The notes beneath the pieces are model-generated. The model was not told the origin of the DNA. It worked only from the letters and a program-made list of their open reading frames with translations, and made no database searches. From IMG/VR virus record IMGVR_UViG_3300033997_000136, positions 1 through 64,000 of that record: a stretch of 64,000 nucleotides of DNA, one strand, 5' to 3'. Within the stretch, counting starts at the first letter, position 1; each line of letters begins with the position of its first letter. The translations under genes and the position numbers were made by a program. Positions 37,874 to 48,208 of this stretch are shown here, piece after piece.

Positions 37874-39007
37874 ATGAGCACCAATAAAAGTACCTACGAG
37901 ATAGTGACTGACTTGGCTTATTTCTTAAGTCAACACTCAGGAAACTCGTTAATCGAATATACAGCCCCGGCGCGCGCTATGCCCATCACACAAGTGGATA
38001 CTCGCGCAGGCCAACTTCCTTACATTGAATCTGTTCTTCATTCGATGGTTAGCATTTATGCAGGATATTACTTACAAGCATGGCAGTTGTCATTGAATGT
38101 AGGTAATGTGGATGTAATTCGTACACTGGATAAACTGAATCCAAACCGTGACCCACTGTCTGGTGTAAAAGGTGGTCGTTTAGGTGGCTTTACGTTACAA
38201 CACGACATGTCAGCGTTACCGTTTGGCGTCGAGTCTGTTTATCCACCTAAAGCAGATAACTACACTCAGAAAAATCAATCACTGGCCGCAACACTGGGTG
38301 AAGCCGGTGCACAAGAACCACAGTCTGCTCAAATTGACCGTGACTTCTTAAAACAGCATAACGAAAACGCAAATCTATCGGTAGGTAAGATTTTATCTTT
38401 AACGGTAGAAAGTGAAAACGGTGCTAAAGCGGCTATTCCTGTGTTGGTTCAGTTGCAAGTTAGCAACGTTCAACCTGCTCTGATGGTTCATACATTAACG
38501 CTGAGCTATAAAGAAGATAAGACGCTGACAAGTCGTTTCCGCGAATGGCGTGCAGGTATGATTTCAGGCATCAACGATTTATTGTTCTGTGATGACTTGA
38601 TTCTTGAATACCGTAAAAATCTTCATGCAGATAAAGATGGTCATTTCCGTCAACGTCAACGTGCTTCGTCAAAGAACACAGCTGCTGCTATTTTAAGTGG
38701 CACACCATCTGTGGGCACTGCATCGTCTATTTATGTGATGGTTCAACAAACTGCATCTGAGTTAGAATTAAAACTCAAAGGCCGTTTGTCTGATTTCAGA
38801 ACACGTGAAAAGTTATTCGATGAAACCAAAGGTATGTTGTTGGTTGTTATCGATGACGAGTGGCAACGTGTTACGGTATACCATCGTTCTATTGAACGTC
38901 CGACTGAAGTCAGCGTCAAAGAAATTCAACGCAAGAACAAACAAAACGGTCCTGACATTCTGGAAGTATTGAATCAATACAACCAGCGTCAAAGTCCTGT
39001 GATTTAA
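37874..39007 (+). CDS. Abundant inner head protein (phiKZ gp89-like)
   Basis: GGAG SD then ATG 37874; LNPNR motif followed by TLQ|H; ENANLSVGK motif. Confidence 0.75.
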   Translation: MSTNKSTYEIVTDLAYFLSQHSGNSLIEYTAPARAMPITQVDTRAGQLPYIESVLHSMVSIYAGYYLQAWQLSLNVGNVDVIRTLDKLNPNRDPLSGVKGGRLGGFTLQHDMSALPFGVESVYPPKADNYTQKNQSLAATLGEAGAQEPQSAQIDRDFLKQHNENANLSVGKILSLTVESENGAKAAIPVLVQLQVSNVQPALMVHTLTLSYKEDKTLTSRFREWRAGMISGINDLLFCDDLILEYRKNLHADKDGHFRQRQRASSKNTAAAILSGTPSVGTASSIYVMVQQTASELELKLKGRLSDFRTREKLFDETKGMLLVVIDDEWQRVTVYHRSIERPTEVSVKEIQRKNKQNGPDILEVLNQYNQRQSPVI

Positions 39008-39018
39008 CGGAGTATCTC

Positions 39019-39906
39019 ATGATTCAAGCATTTATCAGCACCATCCTCCCTGTCATCGATAAACGGAAGTTTTTAAGTGACATTGAAGATGCTCGCAAAA
39101 TTGTAGAAGACACCGTTGCTGTTCTTGCGATGGCTTCGTCTACCTATGCAAACTACCGCTTTGCAAGTAAACCAGTGGCTCAGTTTGAACGTGTATTCCA
39201 AGCACAGGTGAAAACCAAACTGCGTGGTAACCACATTCAGTTGGTGCATCAACTGTTAACAAAAACAAAAGCATGTTTAGCAGTTGTTGAACGTTTAGCT
39301 AAAGAGAGCAATAGTGATATTGTTCGTGCTGAATTGTCCTTCGCTAAATTGCAATTAGTTCAGTATGTATCGGCTACGACATTTGCCTGTCGTTATATCC
39401 GTAAGCATGTGCTTTGGGTAACACATGCTGAAACAAACCTAATTCGTCAATCGACGTTAGTCGGTAAAGAGTTGACGAAAGGTGAAGCGGAGTGGCTACG
39501 TACCAACGAAGGTAAATTCATTCAGGTGATGAACGCGTTTGATCACTCTCCATCTGAATTGGAATCTATCTTAAAAGCTATTCCAGATGTGACAGCAAAC
39601 GAAGACAATGCGGATGCGGTTGCAGCATCAACGGGTCGTAGTTTGTTAGACCCACTGAATCTGGTGCGCGTAGGGTTTACATTTAACCCAATCTATCACT
39701 TGCGTTTAGCCTGGGAAGATTACAAGTTCACTCAGTACGAAGAAATGAAGGAAGACCGTCGTCTTCTGGAGTATCGTTTAGAGGACTTGCGTAACGCCAA
39801 AAACGGTGAAGAGAATCCTACGCTGGATAAAGCTATTGAGCATTATCAAGAACTGGTGTCCGACCTCACCTTTAAGATTAACAAAATGGAGAGGGATGCA
39901 GCATGA
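39019..39906 (+). CDS. Inner head protein (phiKZ gp90-like)
   Basis: 295 aa; NPIYHLRLAW motif; C-terminal coiled coil; synteny. Confidence 0.72.
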   Translation: MIQAFISTILPVIDKRKFLSDIEDARKIVEDTVAVLAMASSTYANYRFASKPVAQFERVFQAQVKTKLRGNHIQLVHQLLTKTKACLAVVERLAKESNSDIVRAELSFAKLQLVQYVSATTFACRYIRKHVLWVTHAETNLIRQSTLVGKELTKGEAEWLRTNEGKFIQVMNAFDHSPSELESILKAIPDVTANEDNADAVAASTGRSLLDPLNLVRVGFTFNPIYHLRLAWEDYKFTQYEEMKEDRRLLEYRLEDLRNAKNGEENPTLDKAIEHYQELVSDLTFKINKMERDAA

Positions 39907-40454
39907 GCCAAGTGATGTATCCTACTGGTTACGTCGCGACCCCTGAAGTTAATCTTCGTCCATTTCGTAAGATGGACATTCCATTAAACCAAGATGGTGA
40001 TGAAGGCGTTAAGAAGTTATTTAACGCTTGGCAATCTAAAGAGTCGCTTCACAGTGACCGTTTAGAATTTGCTCGTCAAGCTGTTTTGTGTTTTAATCGT
40101 TTAGTGGGTCACTTCCCGTTTTTCTATGGTGTACAGGTCAATACCTATGGGACCAATGATTACCGTGCGAAGTTCTTAAACGACGTGTTAGAGTTTGTAG
40201 AAACAGGTGCGTGTAAAATGCAACCTATTAACTACATTCTATTGATAGGTGAACCGGTTCGAGATGGGCGCATTGTAACACCAAATGCATCTATTCGGTT
40301 ACCCGGTGCATTGACAACGGTCAAATACCGTCAGAATAAGTTTATTGCAAAATGGCTTAGTCATGATATGGGTTTAGACCACTTTATCCAAACACTGTAT
40401 GTCTGGTTTGGTAATACGGTTAGTAAATCAGATGTAGGTCCAAAGAATCTTTGA
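39903..40454 (+). CDS. Minor capsid/virion protein (phiKZ gp91-like)
   Basis: 183 aa; ATGA overlap; KWLSH...LDHFIQTLYVWFG; synteny. Confidence 0.6.
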   Translation: MSQVMYPTGYVATPEVNLRPFRKMDIPLNQDGDEGVKKLFNAWQSKESLHSDRLEFARQAVLCFNRLVGHFPFFYGVQVNTYGTNDYRAKFLNDVLEFVETGACKMQPINYILLIGEPVRDGRIVTPNASIRLPGALTTVKYRQNKFIAKWLSHDMGLDHFIQTLYVWFGNTVSKSDVGPKNL

Positions 40455-40455
40455 A

Positions 40456-40499
40456 ATCTCATGATGAGATGACATTGATAGTATGTTGAACATTCGAAT
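40456..40499 (+). promoter_or_regulatory. Hairpin, TATG late promoter core and 5-prime hairpin
   Basis: atctca-tga-tgagat (40456-40470), TATG 40482-40485, then palindrome aacattcgaatgtt. Confidence 0.5.
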
Positions 40500-40540
40500 G
40501 TTGTTTCAACTTTAAATTGCAATTTACTGGAGTAAAATTT

Positions 40541-41833
40541 ATGACATTATTCGCACAAGCGTTTAGCCAGCAATCTGCTGAACCGGAACTGGTTGAAGGT
40601 CAAGAAGATTTAGCAACTGTTGCCCAGCTGGAAGAAGACAATGGCGAGCTGGTTGAAGCCGCTGCCGAAGTCGAAAAAGAAGCCAACATGCAATCTGACC
40701 TGGAAGAGCGCGTTGAAGTTGCTGAAGAAATCCAAACTACACTGCAGGGCATGGTTTCTGCTGGTGAAGGTATGGACCGTCGTACTGCTTTGGCCTACCA
40801 ACAAGCCTTTAAAGGTCTGATTGGTACTGTGTTACCTAACCCGGTCGGTACTGTTGAAAACTTTGGCGGTGACGCCCAGCGTTTAGAAGCTACTAAGCGC
40901 ACTCTGCAAGGTATCGCTGATACCCTGAAGAAAATCTGGGAAGCCATCAAAGCTGCCGTAGTTCGTGGTATCGCTGCCATTAAAGATTTCTTCGCCAAAC
41001 TGTTCGGTGGCACTGACTCGCTGAAAAAGCGTGCAGAAGCTCTGCGTAAGAAAATCGCTGATGCTAAATCTGAAGGTAAAGAAGCTCCTTCTGAGAAAAT
41101 CAAAGTGTCTGGCGGTGTACGTCTGCACGTTAGCGGTTCTATGGAACCAAGCGCAGTTAAAACTGGTTTAGCATTGGCTGCCAACGAAATCTCTGAAACA
41201 GCCAACAAGTTGTTAGAAGGTGCTGGTGATTATTACCAAACCCTGGCCAAAGATTTGAAGTCAACCAACGAATCAGTGGTTGAAAAGTTCATCAGCAAAG
41301 GCACTAAGAACAACATTGATAAATCAGTTGCTTCTCTGGGTTCAGCTGTATCATTGGCTCTTCGCATGAAAGGCAAACCATTGCCAGGCGGTAAGGCTAT
41401 CATTGTTGAAGTAGGTTCAAACAGCGAAGAAGAGAAATCTTTAGCTGGCAAAATCTACATCGGCGATGCACCGAAGGCTGAGTGGAAAGAATCTACCGAA
41501 GTAGCTGCACCATCTCTGGCTGATTTAGAAGCGATGTTAACCAGCATCGAATCGATGATCGCTAAAATGGAAGGCGAGAAGAAAGATGCTGAGAAATTAG
41601 CTTCTGACCGTGACGCCGCCATCAAAGCTGGTGACGAACTGATCAAAGCTGGTGAAGCTGGTAAGTTATCTCAGTCATGGGACCAGGCTAAACTGTCTGC
41701 TGCTCTGCGTCTGACTAACATGTCTTTCAACCGCACTCTGTCTTCTCTGAACAGCTACCTGTTCGGTGTGAGCCGTGCTGGTCTGCAGTACGTTGATAGC
41801 TGTGTATCTTCTTACAAGAAGAAAGCAGCTTAA
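40541..41833 (+). CDS. Highly expressed internal head protein of the phiKZ gp93-97 paralog family
   Basis: Acidic propeptide, then NFGG...EAT..TLQ|GIADTLKKIWEAIK family motif; strong codon bias; GGAG SD then ATG 40541. Confidence 0.8.
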   Translation: MTLFAQAFSQQSAEPELVEGQEDLATVAQLEEDNGELVEAAAEVEKEANMQSDLEERVEVAEEIQTTLQGMVSAGEGMDRRTALAYQQAFKGLIGTVLPNPVGTVENFGGDAQRLEATKRTLQGIADTLKKIWEAIKAAVVRGIAAIKDFFAKLFGGTDSLKKRAEALRKKIADAKSEGKEAPSEKIKVSGGVRLHVSGSMEPSAVKTGLALAANEISETANKLLEGAGDYYQTLAKDLKSTNESVVEKFISKGTKNNIDKSVASLGSAVSLALRMKGKPLPGGKAIIVEVGSNSEEEKSLAGKIYIGDAPKAEWKESTEVAAPSLADLEAMLTSIESMIAKMEGEKKDAEKLASDRDAAIKAGDELIKAGEAGKLSQSWDQAKLSAALRLTNMSFNRTLSSLNSYLFGVSRAGLQYVDSCVSSYKKKAA

Positions 41834-41873
41834 GTAACGACTTACTGATTCGGTAATACGAAGAAGTGTAAGA

Positions 41874-41902
41874 GCACTCAGGGGCAACCCTGAGTGTTTT
41901 TA
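41874..41902 (+). terminator. Intrinsic terminator with GCAA tetraloop
   Basis: gcactcaggg-gcaa-ccctgagtgt then tttt. Confidence 0.8.
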
Positions 41903-41935
41903 TTCGTCATTTTAGTTGACTTGGAGTTTAGTGCG

Positions 41936-43177
41936 ATGACATTTTCTACTGACGAATTAACACATGCTGAACTAATAGCTCCTCAAGTGCAGGGTGCTGT
42001 TCATGAGGCAGACATGTTATCAGAAACATTTGAGCAAAGCTGCACTGTGTTGTCTGAATTAAATACCCCTGATGAATTGTCTCTGCAATCACGTCGTCTT
42101 TGTCACACTACTCTGCAAGGTATGGTTCATCATCACGGTTTAGATATAACACTGCAGTTTGAGAACACAGACGGTAGTTTAAAAGAAACAGCTACTCGTA
42201 TCAGCATTAGTGCAGCAAAAGCAATCGTCGCTGCAGGTGAGATGGCGTGGGGTAATCTTGCAGACATGTATGTTCGTAGTCTAGCAGATACAACAACAAT
42301 TCGTGGTTACTTGAGTAAATTAAATAATCGCATGGATTATACTCAAGGAAAAGAACAAGGCGATGAGGTGTTAACCTTTAAAGGGTTATGGTACACGTTA
42401 AGCGTAGATGGTAAGAATCCACGTGATGCTCGTGATATTCTACTTAACATCAATCGCATGACAGAAACATGTGATGCAGTTCTTAACAAATGGACTAAGG
42501 AAATTGAAACGGCTGGTAATTTATTTTTAAAGGTAGTAAAGAAATACGACCCTGCTGAAATGAATAGCGAGTTAGTTTTACGTGACTTAGTACAAGCTGC
42601 TGAGAAGTTAGACTTTGGTTATCTGCAACGTATTTTAAAAGTAAACAAAATCACAGACCCTCGTTATGAAGGTCATGTGTACAAGAGTGAACCTTTAAGT
42701 GGTGATTACTCATTGTTTATTTATCGTCCTGATTTATTTGTGTCTACTAAAGCAGATACTGTAAAACGCGCTGTATCGCTTCGTCGTCGCACATTTAAAA
42801 TACAGCGAACTCATCCCACCTATCGTGTAAAACTCGATGAGGTGAAGATACAGGCGCTTTCGGTGGATGATGTCGCAGAGATACGTGAATCGATTAAAAA
42901 GCTAATGGATGTGTTAGAAAGTTATGACCGCAGTGGACGTGGTAAGGCGATAGTGAAGATTGGTGAACAGATTCAAGGTCATCTTAAGAACGAGATGAAT
43001 TTCCTTGAACGAAATGTAGAGTTTCTTTCTGGGAACTACACAGCCAGTGTGTATCGTTTTTCAAATGCATACATGCGCTGGGCATCCGACCCAATGAGTG
43101 GATTGATTTCACAAGCCATGGCATTAAGTCGTGCCGCAATTAAAGTGTGTAACGCAAGTTTATCAGCTTATCAATAA
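41936..43177 (+). CDS. Internal head protein paralog (gp93-97-like)
   Basis: GGAG SD then ATG 41936; SLQ|S, TLQ|G, TLQ|F in the first 75 aa; LSGDYSL and RAAIKVC family-like motifs. Confidence 0.7.
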   Translation: MTFSTDELTHAELIAPQVQGAVHEADMLSETFEQSCTVLSELNTPDELSLQSRRLCHTTLQGMVHHHGLDITLQFENTDGSLKETATRISISAAKAIVAAGEMAWGNLADMYVRSLADTTTIRGYLSKLNNRMDYTQGKEQGDEVLTFKGLWYTLSVDGKNPRDARDILLNINRMTETCDAVLNKWTKEIETAGNLFLKVVKKYDPAEMNSELVLRDLVQAAEKLDFGYLQRILKVNKITDPRYEGHVYKSEPLSGDYSLFIYRPDLFVSTKADTVKRAVSLRRRTFKIQRTHPTYRVKLDEVKIQALSVDDVAEIRESIKKLMDVLESYDRSGRGKAIVKIGEQIQGHLKNEMNFLERNVEFLSGNYTASVYRFSNAYMRWASDPMSGLISQAMALSRAAIKVCNASLSAYQ

Positions 43178-43181
43178 AACT

Positions 43182-43234
43182 AAGGAGGGCGTTTGCCCTC
43201 CTTTTTATTTCCGATAGGTGGGCGGGATGGTATG
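43182..43234 (+). terminator. Intrinsic terminator followed by putative late TATG
   Basis: aaggagggc-gttt-gccctcctt then ttta; TATG at 43231-43234. Confidence 0.75.
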
Positions 43235-43261
43235 TAATCGACTTAAACTGAGGGATTGTTC

Positions 43262-44782
43262 ATGGCGAATTTAGTCATTGATTTGGCAGATATTGATGAG
43301 TTAGTGACACGTCGCATCGCTATGGATGTCGTGCGTGGATTCATCAACAAATTTAATCTACCTCATAACACCACTATTTTGTTACCCAATAGCGAACAAG
43401 AAGATGTGTTGTTAAATGTAGAGAACACAGATAAAAACGTTCAAGGGTATTTCTCTCGAATGAAGTTTAAACTGTCTATTGAAGATGTGCATAAAGAAGA
43501 CAAGATTGGGTCAAGTTACGTTCAACGTCATGACTACAAACCTTTGTTTGTTGATAACGAGTTAGGTATCGTTGCGTCTCCGTTGTATGAATACAGAACC
43601 ATGACGATTAACTTTGAAGTGATTACGTCTGACAAAGTAGTGTCTGAAAAGCTTCGTACTCAAATTCAAGAGAAGTTTAAAAATGGTGCTCGTGGGTTTA
43701 TGCATGAAGCAGCGTACAGCTATCCACTACCACTAACATTGTTAGGTATTTTAACACGTATTTACCGTACCACTCGTTTTGATCAAAGTGCTGCTGCAAT
43801 GTCTGCGTGGTTGTATACACACTTAGATGAACAGGTGGCACAAGTCAGTACATCAGCCACAGCAACACCACAGCTGTTTAAGAATGAGGCACAACAGTTA
43901 ATTCAAGGGAAGTGGGATTTCGTTGGTGCTCCTCAAAAGGGTCAGAGTCAGCGAGATGGTACACAACAAACCATCAGCTTCTCGTATGAATTAAACTACG
44001 AGCGACCTTACCAAATTGCGTTAGACTATCCTGAGATAGTTCACAATAAATGGATACCCGCAGAGCTGCGTCCAAAAGAACGTAAGTACAGTTGGTTAGA
44101 AAAGTTATCTATCCCAAGTCGCTTCATTCATTGGATTCACAGCTTCTCGTTTTTAAGTGGTGTTGATTTAAGAGACCAAGGCGTTGCGGTCCCTTACTTT
44201 GTTCAGTGGTTTCCACGGTATTACTTTCCGTACACAGAATCACTATTTCGCATCAACATGATTGTCAATGAAAACAATCTTCGTGAAGTAGGTAATTTAG
44301 GTGACTTAGGTGAAGTTAACTTTAAACCAATCGTTCTTGATTATATTCGGTCGTGTGGGCAAGATATTTTTACCCATCGAAGTTCATTTATTCATGTAAC
44401 GTTATTTGAAGATAACTCATTAAAAGGTCCTGAATCATTAGTCATTGATTCTGACTTGAATGTAAGTACAACGTTCGATATGGATATTAACAAACGGTAT
44501 AATCTCCACATCACTGCGTATTTCTTCTTAAGACACATTCAACCTGCAGCACAAACTGCGATTCGTCGTAACCCAGATTTAGGTCATTTAATTTTAGGTG
44601 GTTTAGATGAACGGTTAAAGACAAACGGTATTCTACCGCTACCTGTGTTTTCAGGTGAGATTGACAAATACGCATTTGACCAGTGCTGTCAGTGGATTGA
44701 ACGTAACGGTACAATCTCCATTGACACCCGTCACACATTGAGTCGTTTTATTGTGGGTGACTATGTATTGATTTCACCGTAA
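43262..44782 (+). CDS. Virion structural protein (phiKZ gp98-like)
   Basis: About 506 aa; YPLP and YPEIVHNKWIP motifs; synteny after the head-protein cluster. Confidence 0.7.
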   Translation: MANLVIDLADIDELVTRRIAMDVVRGFINKFNLPHNTTILLPNSEQEDVLLNVENTDKNVQGYFSRMKFKLSIEDVHKEDKIGSSYVQRHDYKPLFVDNELGIVASPLYEYRTMTINFEVITSDKVVSEKLRTQIQEKFKNGARGFMHEAAYSYPLPLTLLGILTRIYRTTRFDQSAAAMSAWLYTHLDEQVAQVSTSATATPQLFKNEAQQLIQGKWDFVGAPQKGQSQRDGTQQTISFSYELNYERPYQIALDYPEIVHNKWIPAELRPKERKYSWLEKLSIPSRFIHWIHSFSFLSGVDLRDQGVAVPYFVQWFPRYYFPYTESLFRINMIVNENNLREVGNLGDLGEVNFKPIVLDYIRSCGQDIFTHRSSFIHVTLFEDNSLKGPESLVIDSDLNVSTTFDMDINKRYNLHITAYFFLRHIQPAAQTAIRRNPDLGHLILGGLDERLKTNGILPLPVFSGEIDKYAFDQCCQWIERNGTISIDTRHTLSRFIVGDYVLISP

Positions 44783-44810
44783 GATTTTCTTATTTTTAAC
44801 GAGGTAATTT

Positions 44811-46199
44811 ATGGCTTTTGCAACAGATGACGAACAACCTGTGCAACCAGCACCCGTTCCTGCTGTTCAAGATGTACCGACGTATCAGTCAAGTATTATC
44901 CAAACTGCAGATACACCATTAAGTAGCATTTTGCAATACGCAGAAGGCTCACCTACTACGGTGGATTATTATTCACAGATATTAGGTCCTGACCAAGCAC
45001 CTCGTGTGTTTAGTCCTGAATCAAGTAGCGCTGCACAGCACTATCATGAAATAAAAGGATTGCGGGTTTTATTTAACGATGGATTTGACCCACAAAACGT
45101 ACCTGACCAAAACAGCTTTGAAATTGAAGGAACGATTACATTTACACCGGGTACTGTGATACCAAATACGGGTGATGTGGTTGCAGGTGATTTTGGTGAT
45201 GGTCGTGAGTATCTTGCCAGTGTGGGTTTAGTGCGACCACTTAGTGTCACACTCCAAACTGGTTACACGGCTCCTATTCGTATCATTCACTTACAAGAAC
45301 CATTGGTAAAGAAAGAACTTCTTTCACGTGTTAAACGGCGTAGTGTATTTCGTCAAGAACTTTTGACGATGAATCGCAATCCAGTGATAAGCGAAGTCAT
45401 TAATGATTTTATTAGTGAATCCCAACTTATCATGACACGTTTAAAAGCACAGTGGTGTCGTCAGTTTATTTCACGCGATACGCAGTTTATTCTTGTTCCA
45501 GAGCAATCTCAATTAACACATGACCGGTTCATCACCATGGCTGTGTTGCGTGTATTTGGCGTATGGGATAATAGTGAACTACGACACATGTACAATCCGT
45601 CTATGGATAGTCATGGTGTGTTCTCATCGCGTTCACTGTGGAACGTGATTATTGATGGCGATGATTTAGGGAATCAAATTTTTAAACGTGCAGGGTTAGG
45701 TACAACACAATTACTCCGCACACATCCTACAATGCGTTCGCTGTTCTACAGTTCAATCCAGCGTATTGTCGTACCAAAAGACGACCCGTACGATGTTGAC
45801 GATGAATTATCATCACGGAAGTTTCAAGGGTTGGTTGCATTTACAGATAAAACCAATAACCCAATTACATCTGCATTGTTAGGTGAAACGCCAGAAACAT
45901 CAGCAGACGGTGATACTCCTGTATTTGTAGATACAGCACTTCAAACACTCGTTCCAATTAAACCTGTAGTGGTGGACGATTACTACGTTTTATCGTCTGC
46001 ATTTTACGAAGGACGTTTAACTGAGATGTCTCAGTTGGAATACTTTGTGACCATGATGATACGTGGAAAAGACATTCACTACGAAGACGTCTTACCGCTG
46101 TTACGTGCAGCAGGTACATGGGACCCATTAGAACGATTCTACTATCATCCACTTCTAGTGATGTTGGTTGTGTATCTTCAACGGAGAGTGTACTCATGA
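44811..46199 (+). CDS. Virion structural protein (phiKZ gp99-like, possibly neck/head completion)
   Basis: 462 aa; EGSPTTVDYYSQ, IPNTGD, LERFYYHPLL. Confidence 0.7.
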   Translation: MAFATDDEQPVQPAPVPAVQDVPTYQSSIIQTADTPLSSILQYAEGSPTTVDYYSQILGPDQAPRVFSPESSSAAQHYHEIKGLRVLFNDGFDPQNVPDQNSFEIEGTITFTPGTVIPNTGDVVAGDFGDGREYLASVGLVRPLSVTLQTGYTAPIRIIHLQEPLVKKELLSRVKRRSVFRQELLTMNRNPVISEVINDFISESQLIMTRLKAQWCRQFISRDTQFILVPEQSQLTHDRFITMAVLRVFGVWDNSELRHMYNPSMDSHGVFSSRSLWNVIIDGDDLGNQIFKRAGLGTTQLLRTHPTMRSLFYSSIQRIVVPKDDPYDVDDELSSRKFQGLVAFTDKTNNPITSALLGETPETSADGDTPVFVDTALQTLVPIKPVVVDDYYVLSSAFYEGRLTEMSQLEYFVTMMIRGKDIHYEDVLPLLRAAGTWDPLERFYYHPLLVMLVVYLQRRVYS

Positions 46200-46786
46200 A
46201 CGTTCCAACGCACCGCAAAGATATGTCACTTGCACAGCGCCTCTGTTTCATCTATTACATCGTAAAGATACCAGAAGCCTTTGTAGATGACCCTATTACA
46301 CAATTGGTAGGTCGTCGAAAAACAGGGAACTCAAAACGTGATGCTGAACTGTCTAAACACATGCGCCCTCGTCAACTGACTATAGCTGAGATGACAAAGC
46401 TCTACTCGGAAGGTTGTCGTCCAATGGATTTTCATCGTCCTAACGATGTAGTTCAAGCGTATGAAGATGTGGTAGATTACTTAGCTGATTTACGCACCCA
46501 GTTTGAAAGCCCTTTTCATAAACCATCGGTTCCTACGGAATACATTGAAAATTTAGATTTGTTTGCAGCCTTTCTTTTTGAAGGCGTTCGTCGCATCGAT
46601 CCAAAATATCAATACCGTGGGAACGCTGCACCTGTGCTTGGTAAGTTTATGGCACGTCGAGCCAATAAACATAAACGGTATATGGATGCATTACAGAAGT
46701 CTATTCGTGATGCAGAAGGGAATCGTGTAGTTCCACAACACCAACCTATCACAGGGTCTATTCTGGAAGCATTAGAAAACAAATAG
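46196..46786 (+). CDS. Conserved hypothetical protein (phiKZ gp100-like)
   Basis: ATGA overlap, start 46196; RQLTIAEM motif. Confidence 0.65.
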   Translation: MNVPTHRKDMSLAQRLCFIYYIVKIPEAFVDDPITQLVGRRKTGNSKRDAELSKHMRPRQLTIAEMTKLYSEGCRPMDFHRPNDVVQAYEDVVDYLADLRTQFESPFHKPSVPTEYIENLDLFAAFLFEGVRRIDPKYQYRGNAAPVLGKFMARRANKHKRYMDALQKSIRDAEGNRVVPQHQPITGSILEALENK

Positions 46787-46813
46787 TGCTACTTTATTAG
46801 AAAGGTATACTTT

Positions 46814-48196
46814 ATGCGTATCGTTGATACTCCTATTTATTCAGAGTTTTTACAAATATCAAAACAGGGTGAAAAACCTGTTCATTTTGAGAATACGTTT
46901 GAACTCTTAATTGATGGCGAACTTATTAAACCGTTTAAATTACTTTCTGTAGAGATATCTCGCAGATACTGCCCACTTCCATCATCACCGCGTGCTCGCT
47001 ACACGGATAAAATCCAAGTAACTGCACAATTTGGTGAAGGAACCATGCAGCATAAAGTATACCCTAACAAAGAGCGCTTAATCGCAGTATTAACCAAGAA
47101 ATCAGTTGGGGAGGGTGGTACTACCAATAACGCCTCAGAAACGACTACAGAGCGTTACAGAGCGTTTTTATTGGATGGTAAATCTTCTATCTTAGAAAGT
47201 AATGTAACCTTCTCAGATGACGAAGAGACGATGGATAGAGGCGGGTATAAAGTAGTTTATTTTGAACTACTGAATTTATCTGTAGAGCAGTTACGATTGA
47301 TGTCTGCACCTGGACCTTCATTTCGTGACATGAAACTTCAAGACATCTTGTTAGGTGTCTTAACTCTTTCAGCAGGACAGATTGAGTTGCCAGATGAAGA
47401 TAGATTGGAAGGTGTGACTGTAGAGAAAACAAACCATGTTGATGTACGCGACTATGTGTTTGTAGAACAGGGATTACCTTTGATGGATTTTCCAGGTCAT
47501 CTGCAACAATCCATTGGTGTATATTCATCTGGTCTTGGTCACTATATCCAAGGGAAGCGCTGGTATGTGTATCCTGAATACAATTTAAAGCGATATGAAA
47601 TCGCTAAGAAGCGTATGACTGTTTTAAACGTACCTCGTACAGAACTTCCCATGGTTGAGCGCACGTATTTAGACCAAGGTGGAAACTTACTTATTCTGGC
47701 TACAGGGCAAGTAGACCACATTGATGATACGGATTTGCAACAAGTCAACTTTGGTAATAGCGTTCGCTTATTAAAAGGGGATGCTGCATTTAATGGGTTC
47801 TGGGAAATTAAAGACGACAAGGTTGTTGTCGATAAGAGTAAAAACATACATGAAGTCGCTATAGGACAGAGAGAGACTGGAATTAACACAACGTTTATGA
47901 GTGGTGCTAAAACCACCAGTAATATCTTAAACGAAGAATCTAAAGTCGCTCGTCGAATGGGTAGCTTCATTCGCTTCACATGGGAAAACGCAGATGCTGA
48001 TTTAATCACACCTGCGATGCCCGTACGTTACATTTTCATGGTAGGACAAGAACTCGTTACTCTGTATGGAACGTGTGTCTCTGTTGAATGTAAAAAGATT
48101 AATATCAATCAAGGGTCTCAAGCCAATCGATTTATTCAAATGGCAAGTGTGACCTTATTTGTTGAAAAATACACCCTTAAACCAAACAAGGGTTAA
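46814..48196 (+). CDS. Tail/baseplate-hub-like virion protein (phiKZ gp101-like)
   Basis: 460 aa; LQQSIGVYSSGLGHY, WYVYPEY, FTWENADADLITPAMP. Confidence 0.72.
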   Translation: MRIVDTPIYSEFLQISKQGEKPVHFENTFELLIDGELIKPFKLLSVEISRRYCPLPSSPRARYTDKIQVTAQFGEGTMQHKVYPNKERLIAVLTKKSVGEGGTTNNASETTTERYRAFLLDGKSSILESNVTFSDDEETMDRGGYKVVYFELLNLSVEQLRLMSAPGPSFRDMKLQDILLGVLTLSAGQIELPDEDRLEGVTVEKTNHVDVRDYVFVEQGLPLMDFPGHLQQSIGVYSSGLGHYIQGKRWYVYPEYNLKRYEIAKKRMTVLNVPRTELPMVERTYLDQGGNLLILATGQVDHIDDTDLQQVNFGNSVRLLKGDAAFNGFWEIKDDKVVVDKSKNIHEVAIGQRETGINTTFMSGAKTTSNILNEESKVARRMGSFIRFTWENADADLITPAMPVRYIFMVGQELVTLYGTCVSVECKKININQGSQANRFIQMASVTLFVEKYTLKPNKG

Positions 48197-48208
48197 CCGG
48201 AGTTTCTT

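Noticed and set aside
40610-41887. Cluster of antisense ORFs over the 40541 gene (and similar ones over MCP and other genes)
   Set aside because: These are expected from strong codon bias on the sense strand, with no independent coding signals.
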